Below are positions 1 through 10,325 of a stretch of DNA of 55,002 nt, in pieces. The stretch comes from a virus. Taxonomy: Duplodnaviria > Caudoviricetes. Numbering within the stretch: the first letter of the stretch is position 1; each line of letters begins with the position of its first letter. Both the position numbers and the translations under genes were made by a program. The notes under the pieces are model-generated. The model saw only the letters and a program-made list of their open reading frames with translations. It was not told the origin of the DNA and did no database searches. The DNA lies in the IMG/VR virus record IMGVR_UViG_3300037245_001061, positions 1 to 55,002 of that record; one strand, 5' to 3'.

Positions 1-1031
1 CCTATGTCCTCATCAGTGCCTCCTTGGACAACTGCCTCGAAGCTCTTAGGGGGGAGGCCACCACTACCCGTGTTATCCACTAAGGTGACGTTCTCCTCAG
101 CTGTGGCTGAGCTCACCCCTGAGACGTTATTCAGGGAGTCCCTGATAGCCTCTAGGGTACCTTTACTGGACGCCTGCTGGGATACTAATAGCCTAGCCCT
201 GAGCTCTGTATCTGTCTCAGTCTCCCTACCTACGATGTAGTCTTCTGAGTTAGAGGTGCTTACCCAGCCAGAGGTAGTGGTGATGATGCCAGTGACACTC
301 TCGGAGGGGGCTACTACCCCACTGATCTCCACAGAGGAGGCACTAGCGAAGACACTCACTGAGTCAGCTGAGATGTATGTAATAGATGATATGGATATGT
401 TATCATCGTCTGAGGTAGCTATAGTTAGCTCATCAGTGACACCATCTACTGTTAGAGTCCAAGTAGCAGAAGTGTATGTAACATCGTTATATGCCTTAAG
501 GCCGGCTACGATCTCAGCGGCTGTGGCACTTGCATCAGAGGTGAATGTAACAACATTACCATTGATAGTTAATGTGTACTCTGTGGTATCCAACACTTGC
601 TTGACTGTGTAGATGGAGGACACACAAGAGCCCACATTCAAGACTGTGGTGGTGTCTATGGTGAACCTATCCCCATTGATGGGGTTCTGTATGATACTCC
701 CTTGGGTGATAGATGCACCCTCAGTACCCGTAAGTAACTGGAACTCCGTAGTGGATGCTGTCCCAGCTATCCGTGTGATACTGATCAATGCTGCTAGGTT
801 ATCTAGGGAGACACCTTCTGCAGTGAGGGGGTTGAAGGCGTCATATACTGCTTGGCCTAGATCCCACTGGGACTGCAGTGGGGTGCCTACTGTGGTGTTG
901 AGCTGGCCCAATACCTCGTCACTCTCTGTGGAGATATTGCTATCAATAAACTCCTTCTCATACCCCTCTAGGTCAGAGATAACCTCTGATAGTACCTTTG
1001 TAGTAAATCCTGTGCTGTCTAATCCTGCCAT
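1..1031 (-). CDS. Baseplate J-like (wedge) protein, runs off window start
   Basis: ATG at 1031 after GGAGGGG. Hand translation MAGLDSTGFTTKVLSEVISDLE...FNPLTAEGVSLDNLAALISITR is a typical baseplate-J N-terminus; follows baseplate genes. Not in ORF track because truncated. Confidence 0.8.
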   Translation of the reverse strand, partial: MAGLDSTGFTTKVLSEVISDLEGYEKEFIDSNISTESDEVLGQLNTTVGTPLQSQWDLGQAVYDAFNPLTAEGVSLDNLAALISITRIAGTASTTEFQLLTGTEGASITQGSIIQNPINGDRFTIDTTTVLNVGSCVSSIYTVKQVLDTTEYTLTINGNVVTFTSDASATAAEIVAGLKAYNDVTYTSATWTLTVDGVTDELTIATSDDDNISISSITYISADSVSVFASASSVEISGVVAPSESVTGIITTTSGWVSTSNSEDYIVGRETETDTELRARLLVSQQASSKGTLEAIRDSLNNVSGVSSATAEENVTLVDNTGSGGLPPKSFEAVVQGGTDEDI

Positions 1032-1045
1032 ATCCCCTCCAGAGA

Positions 1046-1435
1046 TTAAAGTGTGATAGTATCTGTGGTACTTATTACTTCACCACTTTCTATTTGTGCA
1101 GAGAACTGGATAGTTAAGCTCTCTCCTGTGTTGTTGACTGCAGAGGAGTACTCTGTTATACTGACCACGCCATCTACGCTGAGGATTGCTTCCCTCATGT
1201 AGGTATCGAAGATATCCTTAGGGATACGATCCCCTAGGAGTTGTACTGAGTTGTTATCATTCTCAAGGTAAGGTACCCCTAAGTTAATGTCAGCGAAGTA
1301 TTCCCCCTTGAATGCCCTTAAGGTGATCTGTACCTTCTGCCTAATAACTGTCTGTAGGTCAGGGGTAAGTCTTAGCTGTCCATTGGTGAGGTCTAGGTCA
1401 CCACTACCATCCAACAGTAAATCTACGAATGCCAT
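1046..1435 (-). CDS. Baseplate wedge/sheath initiator (gp25-like)
   Basis: DLLLD..GDL, L..F.GE.F.D..LGVPY motifs; position just before J-like gene. Confidence 0.7.
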   Translation of the reverse strand: MAFVDLLLDGSGDLDLTNGQLRLTPDLQTVIRQKVQITLRAFKGEYFADINLGVPYLENDNNSVQLLGDRIPKDIFDTYMREAILSVDGVVSITEYSSAVNNTGESLTIQFSAQIESGEVISTTDTITL

Positions 1436-1444
1436 AGGGGTTCC

Positions 1445-1654
1445 TTATGGTACGTTGGGTGTGCCTGTCTCACCGTTAATGCCGGTGTGAGTGTGGACAT
1501 CGAAGTTAGTGGATATCCAAGCGTTAACCTCCTCGGAGATGGCATCACATAGTGCTTCCATATACTTGTCATCTGTTATAGGGTCACTGCCATGTGCGGC
1601 TATAGTGTTGGCTACAACCTTCGCTAGGAGTGTCGCCCCTGTAATATCTGTCAT
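1445..1654 (-). CDS. Small baseplate-associated protein
   Basis: 69 aa; C-terminal HTHTG..G.TG.P resembles spike-tip metal motif; synteny. Confidence 0.5.
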   Translation of the reverse strand: MTDITGATLLAKVVANTIAAHGSDPITDDKYMEALCDAISEEVNAWISTNFDVHTHTGINGETGTPNVP

Positions 1655-1658
1655 ATGA

Positions 1659-2372
1659 TTATGCCTGTAGTGTCTCTAATTGCGTTATCAGTGCTTGTAT
1701 AGCTGCCTGCTCTATCTTAGGCTTAGGGCCATAGTAGGTGAGGGTAGTAGCATCATTAATAGCCTGTAGGATCTGTACTAGGATGTCCACCAGCTCCACA
1801 CCAGAGTCATTAGTAACACTAAATGTAGTGGAGGTAGTCCCTGCGACAACACCTTCAGCAGCGAAGTTTATATCCCCACTAGTAGTGAGGTTAACCCCAT
1901 TGCCATTCTCCTCTGAGCGGAACTTAAAGGATGAGTTATTAAACTTAATCTCCATATCCACTGGGTCAGGCTTAAGGCTGTTAGCCGTAGGGTAGAGCCC
2001 TGTGATGGCCACTGCATCCGATTGGTTAAATGACCTAGCTACCTCCGGGGTAATCTGCCCCCCAGTGCTCTCCAGCCAGTTCTCTATGCTATACTTATTG
2101 AAGACTAGGAGTACTGTATCTCCTACAGCCACAGGGAAGCTTATCATGCCTCCACCTCCACTAGGGAACATCACAGGGACGTTCTCTAGGAGGGCTGGTG
2201 CTGATAGGTAGTACCTATCCTCGTAGAGTTTGTTAATGGAGGGCCTTACATCTATAAGGCTATCCTCTTGGAATCTAGCCACCCCTATTACTTCTGCTGG
2301 GATAGCTGTGTATACGTGGTTATCTAGGTAGCTGGCTATGTGCCTAACTATCCCATCATTAAAATCTGGCAC
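1659..2372 (-). CDS. Baseplate central spike (gp138/gpV-like N-terminal OB domain)
   Basis: TAIPAEV, NVPVMFP.GGG..ISFPV..GD.VLLVF, SDAVAITG motifs. Confidence 0.8.
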   Translation of the reverse strand: MPDFNDGIVRHIASYLDNHVYTAIPAEVIGVARFQEDSLIDVRPSINKLYEDRYYLSAPALLENVPVMFPSGGGGMISFPVAVGDTVLLVFNKYSIENWLESTGGQITPEVARSFNQSDAVAITGLYPTANSLKPDPVDMEIKFNNSSFKFRSEENGNGVNLTTSGDINFAAEGVVAGTTSTTFSVTNDSGVELVDILVQILQAINDATTLTYYGPKPKIEQAAIQALITQLETLQA

Positions 2373-2381
2373 TTAATCCCC

Positions 2382-3440
2382 CTAGGATGGTAGTATCTGT
2401 TTCTTACACTCCACAACGGTATCCCACTTGGAGCCTTCTAAATCTAGTACATGGCGTAGAGATGATATCTCATACTGACCACTAAGGTCTCCCACCTCTA
2501 CTAACTTGACAGTCTTCTCTGGGGAGATATCCCCATTGAGGTACGTGGAGAATGATACCCCGTTGAGCTGCTCTTTCTCTGTAGTGAAGTTAGTGGATGA
2601 GTCTGTCAGCTGGCTGAGGTTCTCTTTGATATTGTTGGCATTGACCTCTACTACATCCACATCCTTAGCAACAAAGCTCTTAGGCTCAATAAAGAGCCTC
2701 CCCTTGGCTGTGTAGCTTCTATAGTTAATGGCGTTACACAGCTTGGCTACTTGCTCAAAGAACTTACCATCGATAATCCACCCCTTGAGGGACTTCTTAT
2801 CTAGGTTGAAATCTGCCCTCAGGGGTATCTCAGCATCCTCTGGGAGGAAGTTACCCTGAGGGACACCAGCGGAGGCTGCTATAACAAAGATCCTCTCTAG
2901 GTTCTGCCTGAAGGTGTTACTTGAGGGGAGTGTCTCTACATGCCTGAAGGTCTTCTTCAGTGTGTAGGAGTCCCCGCAGTACAGGGTTGTGATTGTGTCT
3001 GCCCCGTTCTTTGTGGTAATCTTAGTACTTATCTGCCCTATGAAGAGTGTGGGGAGGTCATCCCCATCCTTCTCGTACCCCGCTTGGAGCTTTATGGTAG
3101 CCTCCTCTTTGAGGTACTGGTCAGTCTCCTTACTAACATTGTATAATGTTATGGTTGCCTGCTGGGGAGTGGCTGAGACCACATCCTTCTCATATACGAT
3201 GGTGGCTTGCATGTTCAACTCAGAGATCACTTGTGCATCATTGTTAGTGAACACGTAGTCAAAGTATGCTGGGTTGGAGTTTAGTGCAGGGTCTATCTTC
3301 AGTGGATAGATGTATGTGGGGCCTACTGGGTTCTCATACACCCCCTGTACAGCACTAGGGGTCTTAGTTCTTATGGTCTTCTCTGGGTGAGCTATAGAGA
3401 GGGAGTATCTCCTCTTGTAGGCTAAGTTACTATCTGCCAT
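2382..3440 (-). CDS. Baseplate hub protein
   Basis: ATITLYNVS, LQAGY, LFIGQI, G.YEI..L.H..D..G..W.T motifs; synteny. Confidence 0.7.
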   Translation of the reverse strand: MADSNLAYKRRYSLSIAHPEKTIRTKTPSAVQGVYENPVGPTYIYPLKIDPALNSNPAYFDYVFTNNDAQVISELNMQATIVYEKDVVSATPQQATITLYNVSKETDQYLKEEATIKLQAGYEKDGDDLPTLFIGQISTKITTKNGADTITTLYCGDSYTLKKTFRHVETLPSSNTFRQNLERIFVIAASAGVPQGNFLPEDAEIPLRADFNLDKKSLKGWIIDGKFFEQVAKLCNAINYRSYTAKGRLFIEPKSFVAKDVDVVEVNANNIKENLSQLTDSSTNFTTEKEQLNGVSFSTYLNGDISPEKTVKLVEVGDLSGQYEISSLRHVLDLEGSKWDTVVECKKQILPS

Positions 3441-3442
3441 GG

Positions 3443-3787
3443 TTAGCCCTCTAGGAGTTCTGCTATCTCTGCATTAGTGAGATAGGTTAGTACGTAGGCC
3501 TTGTTGGAGCCTAGGTTATTAAAGTCTATGTTGTCGTCTGTCTGCCTAAACTTAGTGCAAACTATATCCCCAGTGGAGAACCCCGGTAACCTAAACCTAG
3601 TGAAGAAGGCTATATTCTCCACAACCTTGATCCCGAGCTTGATAGCGTTACCGGAGGAGTCATAGACATCAAACCTCCACCCTTCATCCCTACTGTTGAA
3701 TTTGTACTCTATGGTGTAGGAGAGACCACCTAGGGTGTTTCTAATCTCTGAGTGTGCGTGACTTGGTACTGGTATAGTTAATGGCAT
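3443..3787 (-). CDS. Virion/baseplate structural protein
   Basis: L.G..Y.....FN.R...W..D pattern common in myophage tail-tip modules. Confidence 0.55.
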   Translation of the reverse strand: MPLTIPVPSHAHSEIRNTLGGLSYTIEYKFNSRDEGWRFDVYDSSGNAIKLGIKVVENIAFFTRFRLPGFSTGDIVCTKFRQTDDNIDFNNLGSNKAYVLTYLTNAEIAELLEG

Positions 3788-3803
3788 ACTTCCTCCGTTA
3801 CCC

Positions 3804-4415
3804 CTAGAACCCTAGGTAAGTTATCTCTTGGCCTCTATGTACTAGGGGGTCTTGTGGCGGTTCTGGCTCATCAGGCACTGCACCAGAGATAACCTTGTCA
3901 GAGGCTTCCTTCTCTATAGACTCATCTACGTCTATAAGTACTGTCTTAGTGACACTCCGGGTAGCTACTCTTATCTGCTTAAACGCCATCTGTATATCAA
4001 ATGCTGAGAGAGTCCCCCCACTATGTACCGCAGTACCTACTTCCCCGGATTGACTGAAGACTAGCGCGGTAAACACGCAATCATTAAGTACCTCTAAGCT
4101 GCCGGTGCAACCGACGGAGAACGTATTCCCGCTTTTCTGTAGTGCTACCAGCCTCTCTGACCAGTGCTTGGTGTAACTATCCCCAGAGACTAATGAGTGG
4201 GCACTGGGTTGGAAAGTGTTTATATCAGTGATAACACCCCTGAGGCTCACTACAGTGTTTCTCACAACGTAGTGGTCAGATGCTATGAATCCAGCCTCTA
4301 CCTTCGAATCCGTAGTCTCTCCACTGAGGGTGTAAGTCATCCCTGTGGTGGAGTCCAGCGTGTAGACAATGCCGTCTTGAGTCAGTATGTAGTACTGCTC
4401 TGTGATTTCTGCCAT
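3804..4415 (-). CDS. Tail tube initiator / Dit-like protein
   Basis: T...VE.G...SDH.......L.GVITD and F.QIRVA motifs; directly after tape measure. Confidence 0.6.
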   Translation of the reverse strand: MAEITEQYYILTQDGIVYTLDSTTGMTYTLSGETTDSKVEAGFIASDHYVVRNTVVSLRGVITDINTFQPSAHSLVSGDSYTKHWSERLVALQKSGNTFSVGCTGSLEVLNDCVFTALVFSQSGEVGTAVHSGGTLSAFDIQMAFKQIRVATRSVTKTVLIDVDESIEKEASDKVISGAVPDEPEPPQDPLVHRGQEITYLGF

Positions 4416-4423
4416 AGTGGTTC

Positions 4424-6556
4424 CTAATTAGTTATAGCTGAGGACAGTCCCATACTAGCAGCCATAGAATCAGCTACGTGCTGACCGAACTGGTTTGCAT
4501 CGGCACCCGCAGGGGCTGTGACATTTACCTCCAGCCTCTCTATAGTCGTGTTAGTGCTCTTGTCTGTGCTTGTGGTAGTAGCCCCGCTGTCGTCACTGCC
4601 TCCGTAGAGGGAGTTAACACCAATCGCAGCTACTAACCCTACACCAGCTAGTGCGGCGGCACCTAGAGCTATACTGGCACCACTGGTAGCAAAAGCATTA
4701 AGTATGGATATCTCTAACATGAGTATCCTAACAGTCTCCCACAAGCTGATCATTGCAGGGAGGCCCTTGGTTACAAGCCACCCTACCCCGGTCACCAGAC
4801 TACTGGCCCCCCATATAGCCGCTACAATACCTATGACCACTCCCAACGTCTCGAAGCCAGTAACAAGGCTATCTCCATCACCGCTAACTAGGCCCAGTAG
4901 CTCTGCCACCTTACCTATAATTATATTGAGTCCCTCAAATAGGGGGGCGAATACCTTACCTATACCATTGAGGATGCCACTGACGGCTATGGTCAATCCT
5001 ACAATAGCCGCTCCTAGCGTTTTAATGATAGGAGCGTAAGTGGTTAGTACAGCTGTAAGCTGCTTTATTATAAGGGCTGTTGATTCCCTCATACCTCCAG
5101 AGAAGACCTCATCCACAGCAATCTGCATCTGGCCTTGGAATCTTCCGATCTCTGCTCGTACACTCTCCAGACCAGCTTGCAAGGCTCCTGTCTCACGGAC
5201 GGTAGCCCTAAGCTCTTTAGCAAAGGGTACGATAAACTCTTTTGCGGATAGTCCACCACTCTCTACTAGCCTCTCGAACTCAGCTAGTTCCATGTTCATG
5301 GCTTCTGCACCGATGATCATGGCGGGGAATTGCTCACCCATCTGCCTACCAAGTTCCTCCCGGGATACCCTACCTTTCGATATGATCTGACCCATGGCTA
5401 ATAGAACTAAGTTGGCCTGCTCTGCATCCAATCCAAAGGCTGTAGCAGCCTCTGCACCTGACAGGAGTATCTCTCTAGTATCCTCTAGGTTTATGTTTGC
5501 AGCTCTGGCACCAATACCTATCTTACGGTAACCATCAGACAGTGTAGACAAGCCCACACCTAGCTCTAGTGAGGTTGACTTGAGAAACTCGAAGTCAGCC
5601 GCTGCTTGGTCTGCATCAGCGGACACAGCGATTAACGATGCCTTAATGGAATCCAACTCTACAGCTGTCCTGAAGAAAGCCCTGCCCCCCTCGATGGCTG
5701 CGAAGACAGAAATGTAGCTACGAGCCAAGTTATGCATAGATGATGTGAGGCTATTGGCAGCAAACTTCTGGCTGTTCATAGCCCTATTCTGTCTGGCTAT
5801 CTCATTGGTGGTGGCTGTAACTGATGTCTTTAGCGCAAACATCTGCTCACGGTAAGCCCGTAAGCCTTTAGCATCCTTAGCCTGTAATGATGCAGCCCTT
5901 AGCTGTCTGGCTTGGGCTACTAGTGTGGCGTACTCCCTATGGGTCTCTTTGACCTTGCTAGATATCTTACTCTCTATGGAGAATATCTCGAAGTCTAGCC
6001 TTTGCTTTCGGAGCAACCAAGCCTCACCCTCTGCAGCAGTGGCCTTAGTAGTGCGGGCCAGAGCTTTCTTGGTAGCAAGCTCCTTTGCAGCAAGCCTTGC
6101 AGCGACACGCTCACTAGCAACACGCTCCCTAGAGGACTGTGCCAGAGCCGCCTCTACCTTTGCCTTTTCCGCACTAGCTGCACGGCCCTTATCGGCAGTT
6201 GCCGCATTAAGAGACCTACGCTTGTTTATGAGTCTAGTGAGCTCCGCATTTTGCTTCTGCATGGAAGCTAAGTTATTACTTGCTGCTTTCCGTCCAGTCT
6301 CTATGCCTAGCTTTTGGGCATCATCCCTCACTTTGATCAGCCTAGTGTTCTCTTTGAATAACCTAAGCTCTCTGTTCTGGGCCTTACTGACGGCTCCTGC
6401 GGCAGCAGCGGAGGTGCCTCCGAGAGATGCTGGGGTAGCCCTCCCTTGGATAGTTGCTAGCTTCCTTAAGACTTTCTCTACATGGGCAGCTGACTTGTTG
6501 AATCCAGTTAAGTCCCAGTCTACCCCTACCGTCCAATTACCGAACTCGTCAGCCAT
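4424..6556 (-). CDS. Tape measure protein
   Basis: 710 aa Ala-rich helical; tape-measure domain (LA.GQ..SKG.V..EEL..Q.GE); hydrophobic C-terminal part. Confidence 0.9.
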   Translation of the reverse strand: MADEFGNWTVGVDWDLTGFNKSAAHVEKVLRKLATIQGRATPASLGGTSAAAAGAVSKAQNRELRLFKENTRLIKVRDDAQKLGIETGRKAASNNLASMQKQNAELTRLINKRRSLNAATADKGRAASAEKAKVEAALAQSSRERVASERVAARLAAKELATKKALARTTKATAAEGEAWLLRKQRLDFEIFSIESKISSKVKETHREYATLVAQARQLRAASLQAKDAKGLRAYREQMFALKTSVTATTNEIARQNRAMNSQKFAANSLTSSMHNLARSYISVFAAIEGGRAFFRTAVELDSIKASLIAVSADADQAAADFEFLKSTSLELGVGLSTLSDGYRKIGIGARAANINLEDTREILLSGAEAATAFGLDAEQANLVLLAMGQIISKGRVSREELGRQMGEQFPAMIIGAEAMNMELAEFERLVESGGLSAKEFIVPFAKELRATVRETGALQAGLESVRAEIGRFQGQMQIAVDEVFSGGMRESTALIIKQLTAVLTTYAPIIKTLGAAIVGLTIAVSGILNGIGKVFAPLFEGLNIIIGKVAELLGLVSGDGDSLVTGFETLGVVIGIVAAIWGASSLVTGVGWLVTKGLPAMISLWETVRILMLEISILNAFATSGASIALGAAALAGVGLVAAIGVNSLYGGSDDSGATTTSTDKSTNTTIERLEVNVTAPAGADANQFGQHVADSMAASMGLSSAITN

Positions 6557-6560
6557 CTAT

Positions 6561-6884
6561 CTATCCCCTCTTCTCTTTAGCTTCGTTATCTTTGTGTACT
6601 GCTTCTTCCACTGCATCCCACATAGTGATCATCTCGTCTAGCTCCAATACCTCAGGAAGGCTCCACTCCCACATAAGCATCTGTGGGTTGGTACATGCTG
6701 GGGGACAGTTCTTACTCTTCACTATGTTATAGAAGAACCACTTGGCACCAGATTCATCATCGTTGAGAGTGGATGTTCTCTCTATGTCTCTGATGACTCT
6801 TCTGACGTTGTGCGCCGTGGCATCAGATTTTGTATCACAGCGGGGATGCCTGTAACCCTCTCCATGATATACACGATAAAAAAA
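6561..6884 (-). CDS. -1 frameshift extension of tail assembly chaperone (gpGT-like)
   Basis: Slippery GAT TTT TTT ATC (T7 run, A-run 6878-6884 on +). The -1 frame stays open to TAG at 6561-6563, just before the tape measure start. Confidence 0.75.
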   Translation of the reverse strand, partial: FFYRVYHGEGYRHPRCDTKSDATAHNVRRVIRDIERTSTLNDDESGAKWFFYNIVKSKNCPPACTNPQMLMWEWSLPEVLELDEMITMWDAVEEAVHKDNEAKEKRG

Positions 6885-7294
6885 TCTTTATAGTTCACCT
6901 CCAATGCCCACTCCAATAGGAAGGCCACTGAGGCTACATCTCCACGGAGGAAGTCTGGGTCGTCTAGGTTAATTGCTACGCCATCTAGGGTAGCTCCACC
7001 CAGCAGTAACCTGATTACTTCCTCTATGTCTATATTCCCTAGGCCGCTACTAAGGAGCACACTGATCTGTGTGAATACAGACCTATCCTCTGGGAAGATA
7101 TCTTCAAAGTTCTGTACACCATCCCCGACACTACCTATCGCTGGGAGTAGTTGTCTCATTAGCTTAAAGCCGAGCATATACCCCGGCAGGCCTGACATAC
7201 GGTTGATGGTAAACGCTTTGCCATTAATGGTCTTACTGACAGTGCCGCTCTTGGCCTCTGCTTGTGCTGCAATAGCACCAAATCCTGTACTCAT
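6782..7294 (-). CDS. Tail assembly chaperone
   Basis: Between tube and tape measure genes; contains slippery site. Confidence 0.8.
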   Translation of the reverse strand: MSTGFGAIAAQAEAKSGTVSKTINGKAFTINRMSGLPGYMLGFKLMRQLLPAIGSVGDGVQNFEDIFPEDRSVFTQISVLLSSGLGNIDIEEVIRLLLGGATLDGVAINLDDPDFLRGDVASVAFLLEWALEVNYKDFFIVYIMERVTGIPAVIQNLMPRRTTSEESSET

Positions 7295-7315
7295 AGTTAA
7301 TCCCTCCGAGGATCG

Positions 7316-7822
7316 TTAAGGTAGTGCAGTCAGTGAGGTTAACAACTGCCTCACCGTAGATTGTGAAGTCTGTGGCAACTGTATGTGCCTGTTATATGAT
7401 ATTCTGTTGGAGTAGAGTACCCACTCCCTTGTCCCCTCAGAGGCTAACTTGCCAAAGGAAACATTTGGTTGACTCTGTATGATTACATCGTTTATCTTAA
7501 GGTTGAATGTCCCTGATGCATCATCTATAGTAATGCTCCCTTGGGAGATCTCTCCGGGGTTCTGCTCTTGGTGGGCTACTATCTCTTGGAGCCACACATT
7601 ACCAAGGCTACCCTGCTGGAAGCTCAAGGTTACAGTACCTGATGAGTCGAACTTGGGGAGGACAGAGTTGCCCCCGTCTATCCCCTTCCGTACAATAACT
7701 TCCGGTGAAGCTATGTCCACCGTGACAAACGACCCACTAGAGAACCCAGTGAGGCGTGTTGCATTTCCCCCATTCCACCAAGATACTTGTACCTTAGCTG
7801 GGTTATATAAATAGTGAGCCAT
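7316..7822 (-). CDS. Tail tube-like protein (paralog 2, DUF3277-like)
   Basis: YNP.KV..SW, L.GF, GT....FQQGS, I.D.SG shared with the neighbouring gene. Confidence 0.7.
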   Translation of the reverse strand: MAHYLYNPAKVQVSWWNGGNATRLTGFSSGSFVTVDIASPEVIVRKGIDGGNSVLPKFDSSGTVTLSFQQGSLGNVWLQEIVAHQEQNPGEISQGSITIDDASGTFNLKINDVIIQSQPNVSFGKLASEGTREWVLYSNRISYNRHIQLPQTSQSTVRQLLTSLTALP

Positions 7823-7832
7823 TTGTCAATCC

Positions 7833-8309
7833 TTATGCGATTAAGCTACCAGCGAATGATGCGAATGTAGCCACATCCTCGTCTAACCCTGCTGGGGTAC
7901 CAGTCATAATGATCTCTTCACACCACCACTCCCATACTCGGCTGTTAAGCTCTGTGCCTTGTGTGATAGTTGCAGCCTTCATTAGGAGACAACCCTTACA
8001 TTGGGCGAAGATACTACCTGATTCATCAATGATAGTGATGTCACCAATGACAGGGTTACCAGCGTCAGACTCTGCTACTGCAGCTCCTAACTGACGGCTA
8101 GTGTCACTCCCCTGTTGGAAGTCCATAGAGAGGGTACCAGTACGGTCAGGGCTTAAGCTGATCTCTGGGTCACCGTCACCACCTACATCACCCGGCACAA
8201 TAAGGTCGGAGGTACGTTCGATAGTAATGAATGAGTCCTTAGCAAAGCCCTTGAGCCTCACACCAGACCAAGAGGCCACAACCTTTCTGGGATTATATGT
8301 ATATGCCAT
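7833..8309 (-). CDS. Tail tube protein (DUF3277-like)
   Basis: MAYTYNPRKV...GF..DSFITI; directly after sheath gene. Confidence 0.8.
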   Translation of the reverse strand: MAYTYNPRKVVASWSGVRLKGFAKDSFITIERTSDLIVPGDVGGDGDPEISLSPDRTGTLSMDFQQGSDTSRQLGAAVAESDAGNPVIGDITIIDESGSIFAQCKGCLLMKAATITQGTELNSRVWEWWCEEIIMTGTPAGLDEDVATFASFAGSLIA

Positions 8310-8320
8310 GTATCAGCTCC

Positions 8321-9697
8321 TTAGCTTAAACCTTCAATTGTTAGTGAACCCTGCACGATACTCTCTGTGATGGCACCTGATAGGAACGCCTCAAAGGAGC
8401 AAGTAAGTAAGCCAGCAAGTACATCAGAAGCAGAGACATCAGCTCGCTTGGGGAATGTAGTTGTGTAGGCTGGTGCTTCTTGTAGGCCTTTAGGCTGTTG
8501 TGCAGTAGTTACATAAGATGACAAGACGCTCTCTAATGTGCTACGGTACTGGTTGATACCGCCGTCAGTGTAAGGGATCTTGTCCTCATTGATCTGCAGT
8601 AACTGGAATGCCTCAGTGATACGGGCTGCTAGAAAGTCACGGAACCTCATAACACCTATACGCTCACCACCAGCTGTACGGCCAGTACGGACGATAGCAA
8701 CACCGCCTTGATTCTGGATGAAGTTACAGTTACGATCAGCTAGGTTACCGCGCTGAGTGGCTGTTAAGACGTTACCAGTGTCAGGGTCTTGAGATGCACT
8801 CAGGCCGATAGCCTTGTTAGTCCAGACCTCTTCACCGGGGTTCTTGGTAGCAAACTCAGAGATGAAGTAGCATTCAGCAAATACTGTGTCAGCATCTTGG
8901 TGGAACAATGCAGTTGAGCGTGTACGTACATCTTCAGTCAATTGTCCAGCTACATCATCAGTAGCGGCTACACCAGACCAAGAGGCTAGTGTCTCAGTGT
9001 CCTGTACGGACAGGAAGTAGAGCTTCTCTAGGGCTTCAATGGTAGGGGCCATGCCAGTGACTAGGGTGTTAACGAAGGCATCAGTATGATCATTAGATGT
9101 CATAAAGTACCAATCATTATCCTCTTCAGAGATGGCTGTAACCATGTCGGCTGCAGTCTCTGTAGTGGTGTATGCGTAGGATAAGCCATCAATGTCACTA
9201 ACTGAATAGTTGTCCACTGAGGGGACTGTTGCATCAACAGACAGAGTTCCTGTAAGGTCAAGTACATCAACACCAGTTACATTACCTGTGAGGTCTGCTG
9301 CCAAGCCTGCTGTAACTTCGTCTGCTGTATCAGCTAGTAGGGTTGTGTAAGTACCCTCAACTGTGACATCATCAGTACCAGTTACCGATAAGGTGTACAC
9401 GGTGCCAGCTACTGAAGGGTCTCCTGTGGGGGTGAATGTGATCAAGTCTACTGTACGCCTACCAATCTTTATGATGGAGGGTGATACACTTGAGTTAAAG
9501 AAGCCTACAGCTGCTGCATACTCATTAGAGTCTGTTGGAGCAACTGCCGCTACTTCTGTGATTGATGTAAATGCTTGCACTCGCTCAGTGAACCAGCGAT
9601 GCTCAGAAGCGAAGATTGGTGTACCAAACCCCGCAACGGTTACAGCAGTGGTGTCAAGCGAGATGGAGACATTTACGATATTGTCTTGATAGGCCAT
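8321..9697 (-). CDS. Tail sheath protein (DUF3383-like)
   Basis: IVNVSISLDT..VT.AGFG.P N-terminus; KIPYTDGG and GAI....V.G C-terminus. Confidence 0.88.
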   Translation of the reverse strand: MAYQDNIVNVSISLDTTAVTVAGFGTPIFASEHRWFTERVQAFTSITEVAAVAPTDSNEYAAAVGFFNSSVSPSIIKIGRRTVDLITFTPTGDPSVAGTVYTLSVTGTDDVTVEGTYTTLLADTADEVTAGLAADLTGNVTGVDVLDLTGTLSVDATVPSVDNYSVSDIDGLSYAYTTTETAADMVTAISEEDNDWYFMTSNDHTDAFVNTLVTGMAPTIEALEKLYFLSVQDTETLASWSGVAATDDVAGQLTEDVRTRSTALFHQDADTVFAECYFISEFATKNPGEEVWTNKAIGLSASQDPDTGNVLTATQRGNLADRNCNFIQNQGGVAIVRTGRTAGGERIGVMRFRDFLAARITEAFQLLQINEDKIPYTDGGINQYRSTLESVLSSYVTTAQQPKGLQEAPAYTTTFPKRADVSASDVLAGLLTCSFEAFLSGAITESIVQGSLTIEGLS

Positions 9698-9740
9698 CTA
9701 GTGGATTCCTCTTGGGTGATTAATTAGCTCTACGAGCCGG

Positions 9741-10325
9741 TTAGGGGGTTGGTACGGTGATGTCAATCTCAATGGGGGTAGTGTCTTCCTCTGAGGAGAA
9801 CAACTCACCTTCTACCGTGGCAATGTTAATAACACCTGCCTGCTCATCAGTAGAGCTATCAGTTACTGATAACATTAGATTTACTTGGGATGCCTCTACA
9901 AACTTAGTTGCTAGGCTAGGGTTAGGTAGGTTGACCATGAAGGTCTCCTTTATCCTGCCCCCATCTGTGTTAACTCTTATATCGTCCATCACCCTGCCAT
10001 ACCTGAAGTACCCGTTGAGAGTGCTGGCCATGGTCTTGGCCCCCTCTCCGTAGATAGTGAAGGTTATTAGTAGGGTGAAGTTAGTGGCATGGACAACACT
10101 GAAGTCATCGTCAGCCACATAGCTGTCTACTTCCCAGCCACCCTCTCCCTCGACATGGGGGATATCTACCACCATGTACGGGTAGTCGGGCTTAGATTGG
10201 TCATCAGGGTATGCCCTTAGAACATTCTTAAGACCACTGCCGGGGTCTACTGAGAGGGTTGGTGTATAGGTAGGCTCTCTCGCTATAGTCGATAACACTG
10301 TAAGGATGTTGTCGTAATCAATCAT
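9741..10325 (-). CDS. Tail terminator / neck protein
   Basis: P.YPY motif; position before sheath. Confidence 0.6.
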   Translation of the reverse strand: MIDYDNILTVLSTIAREPTYTPTLSVDPGSGLKNVLRAYPDDQSKPDYPYMVVDIPHVEGEGGWEVDSYVADDDFSVVHATNFTLLITFTIYGEGAKTMASTLNGYFRYGRVMDDIRVNTDGGRIKETFMVNLPNPSLATKFVEASQVNLMLSVTDSSTDEQAGVINIATVEGELFSSEEDTTPIEIDITVPTP

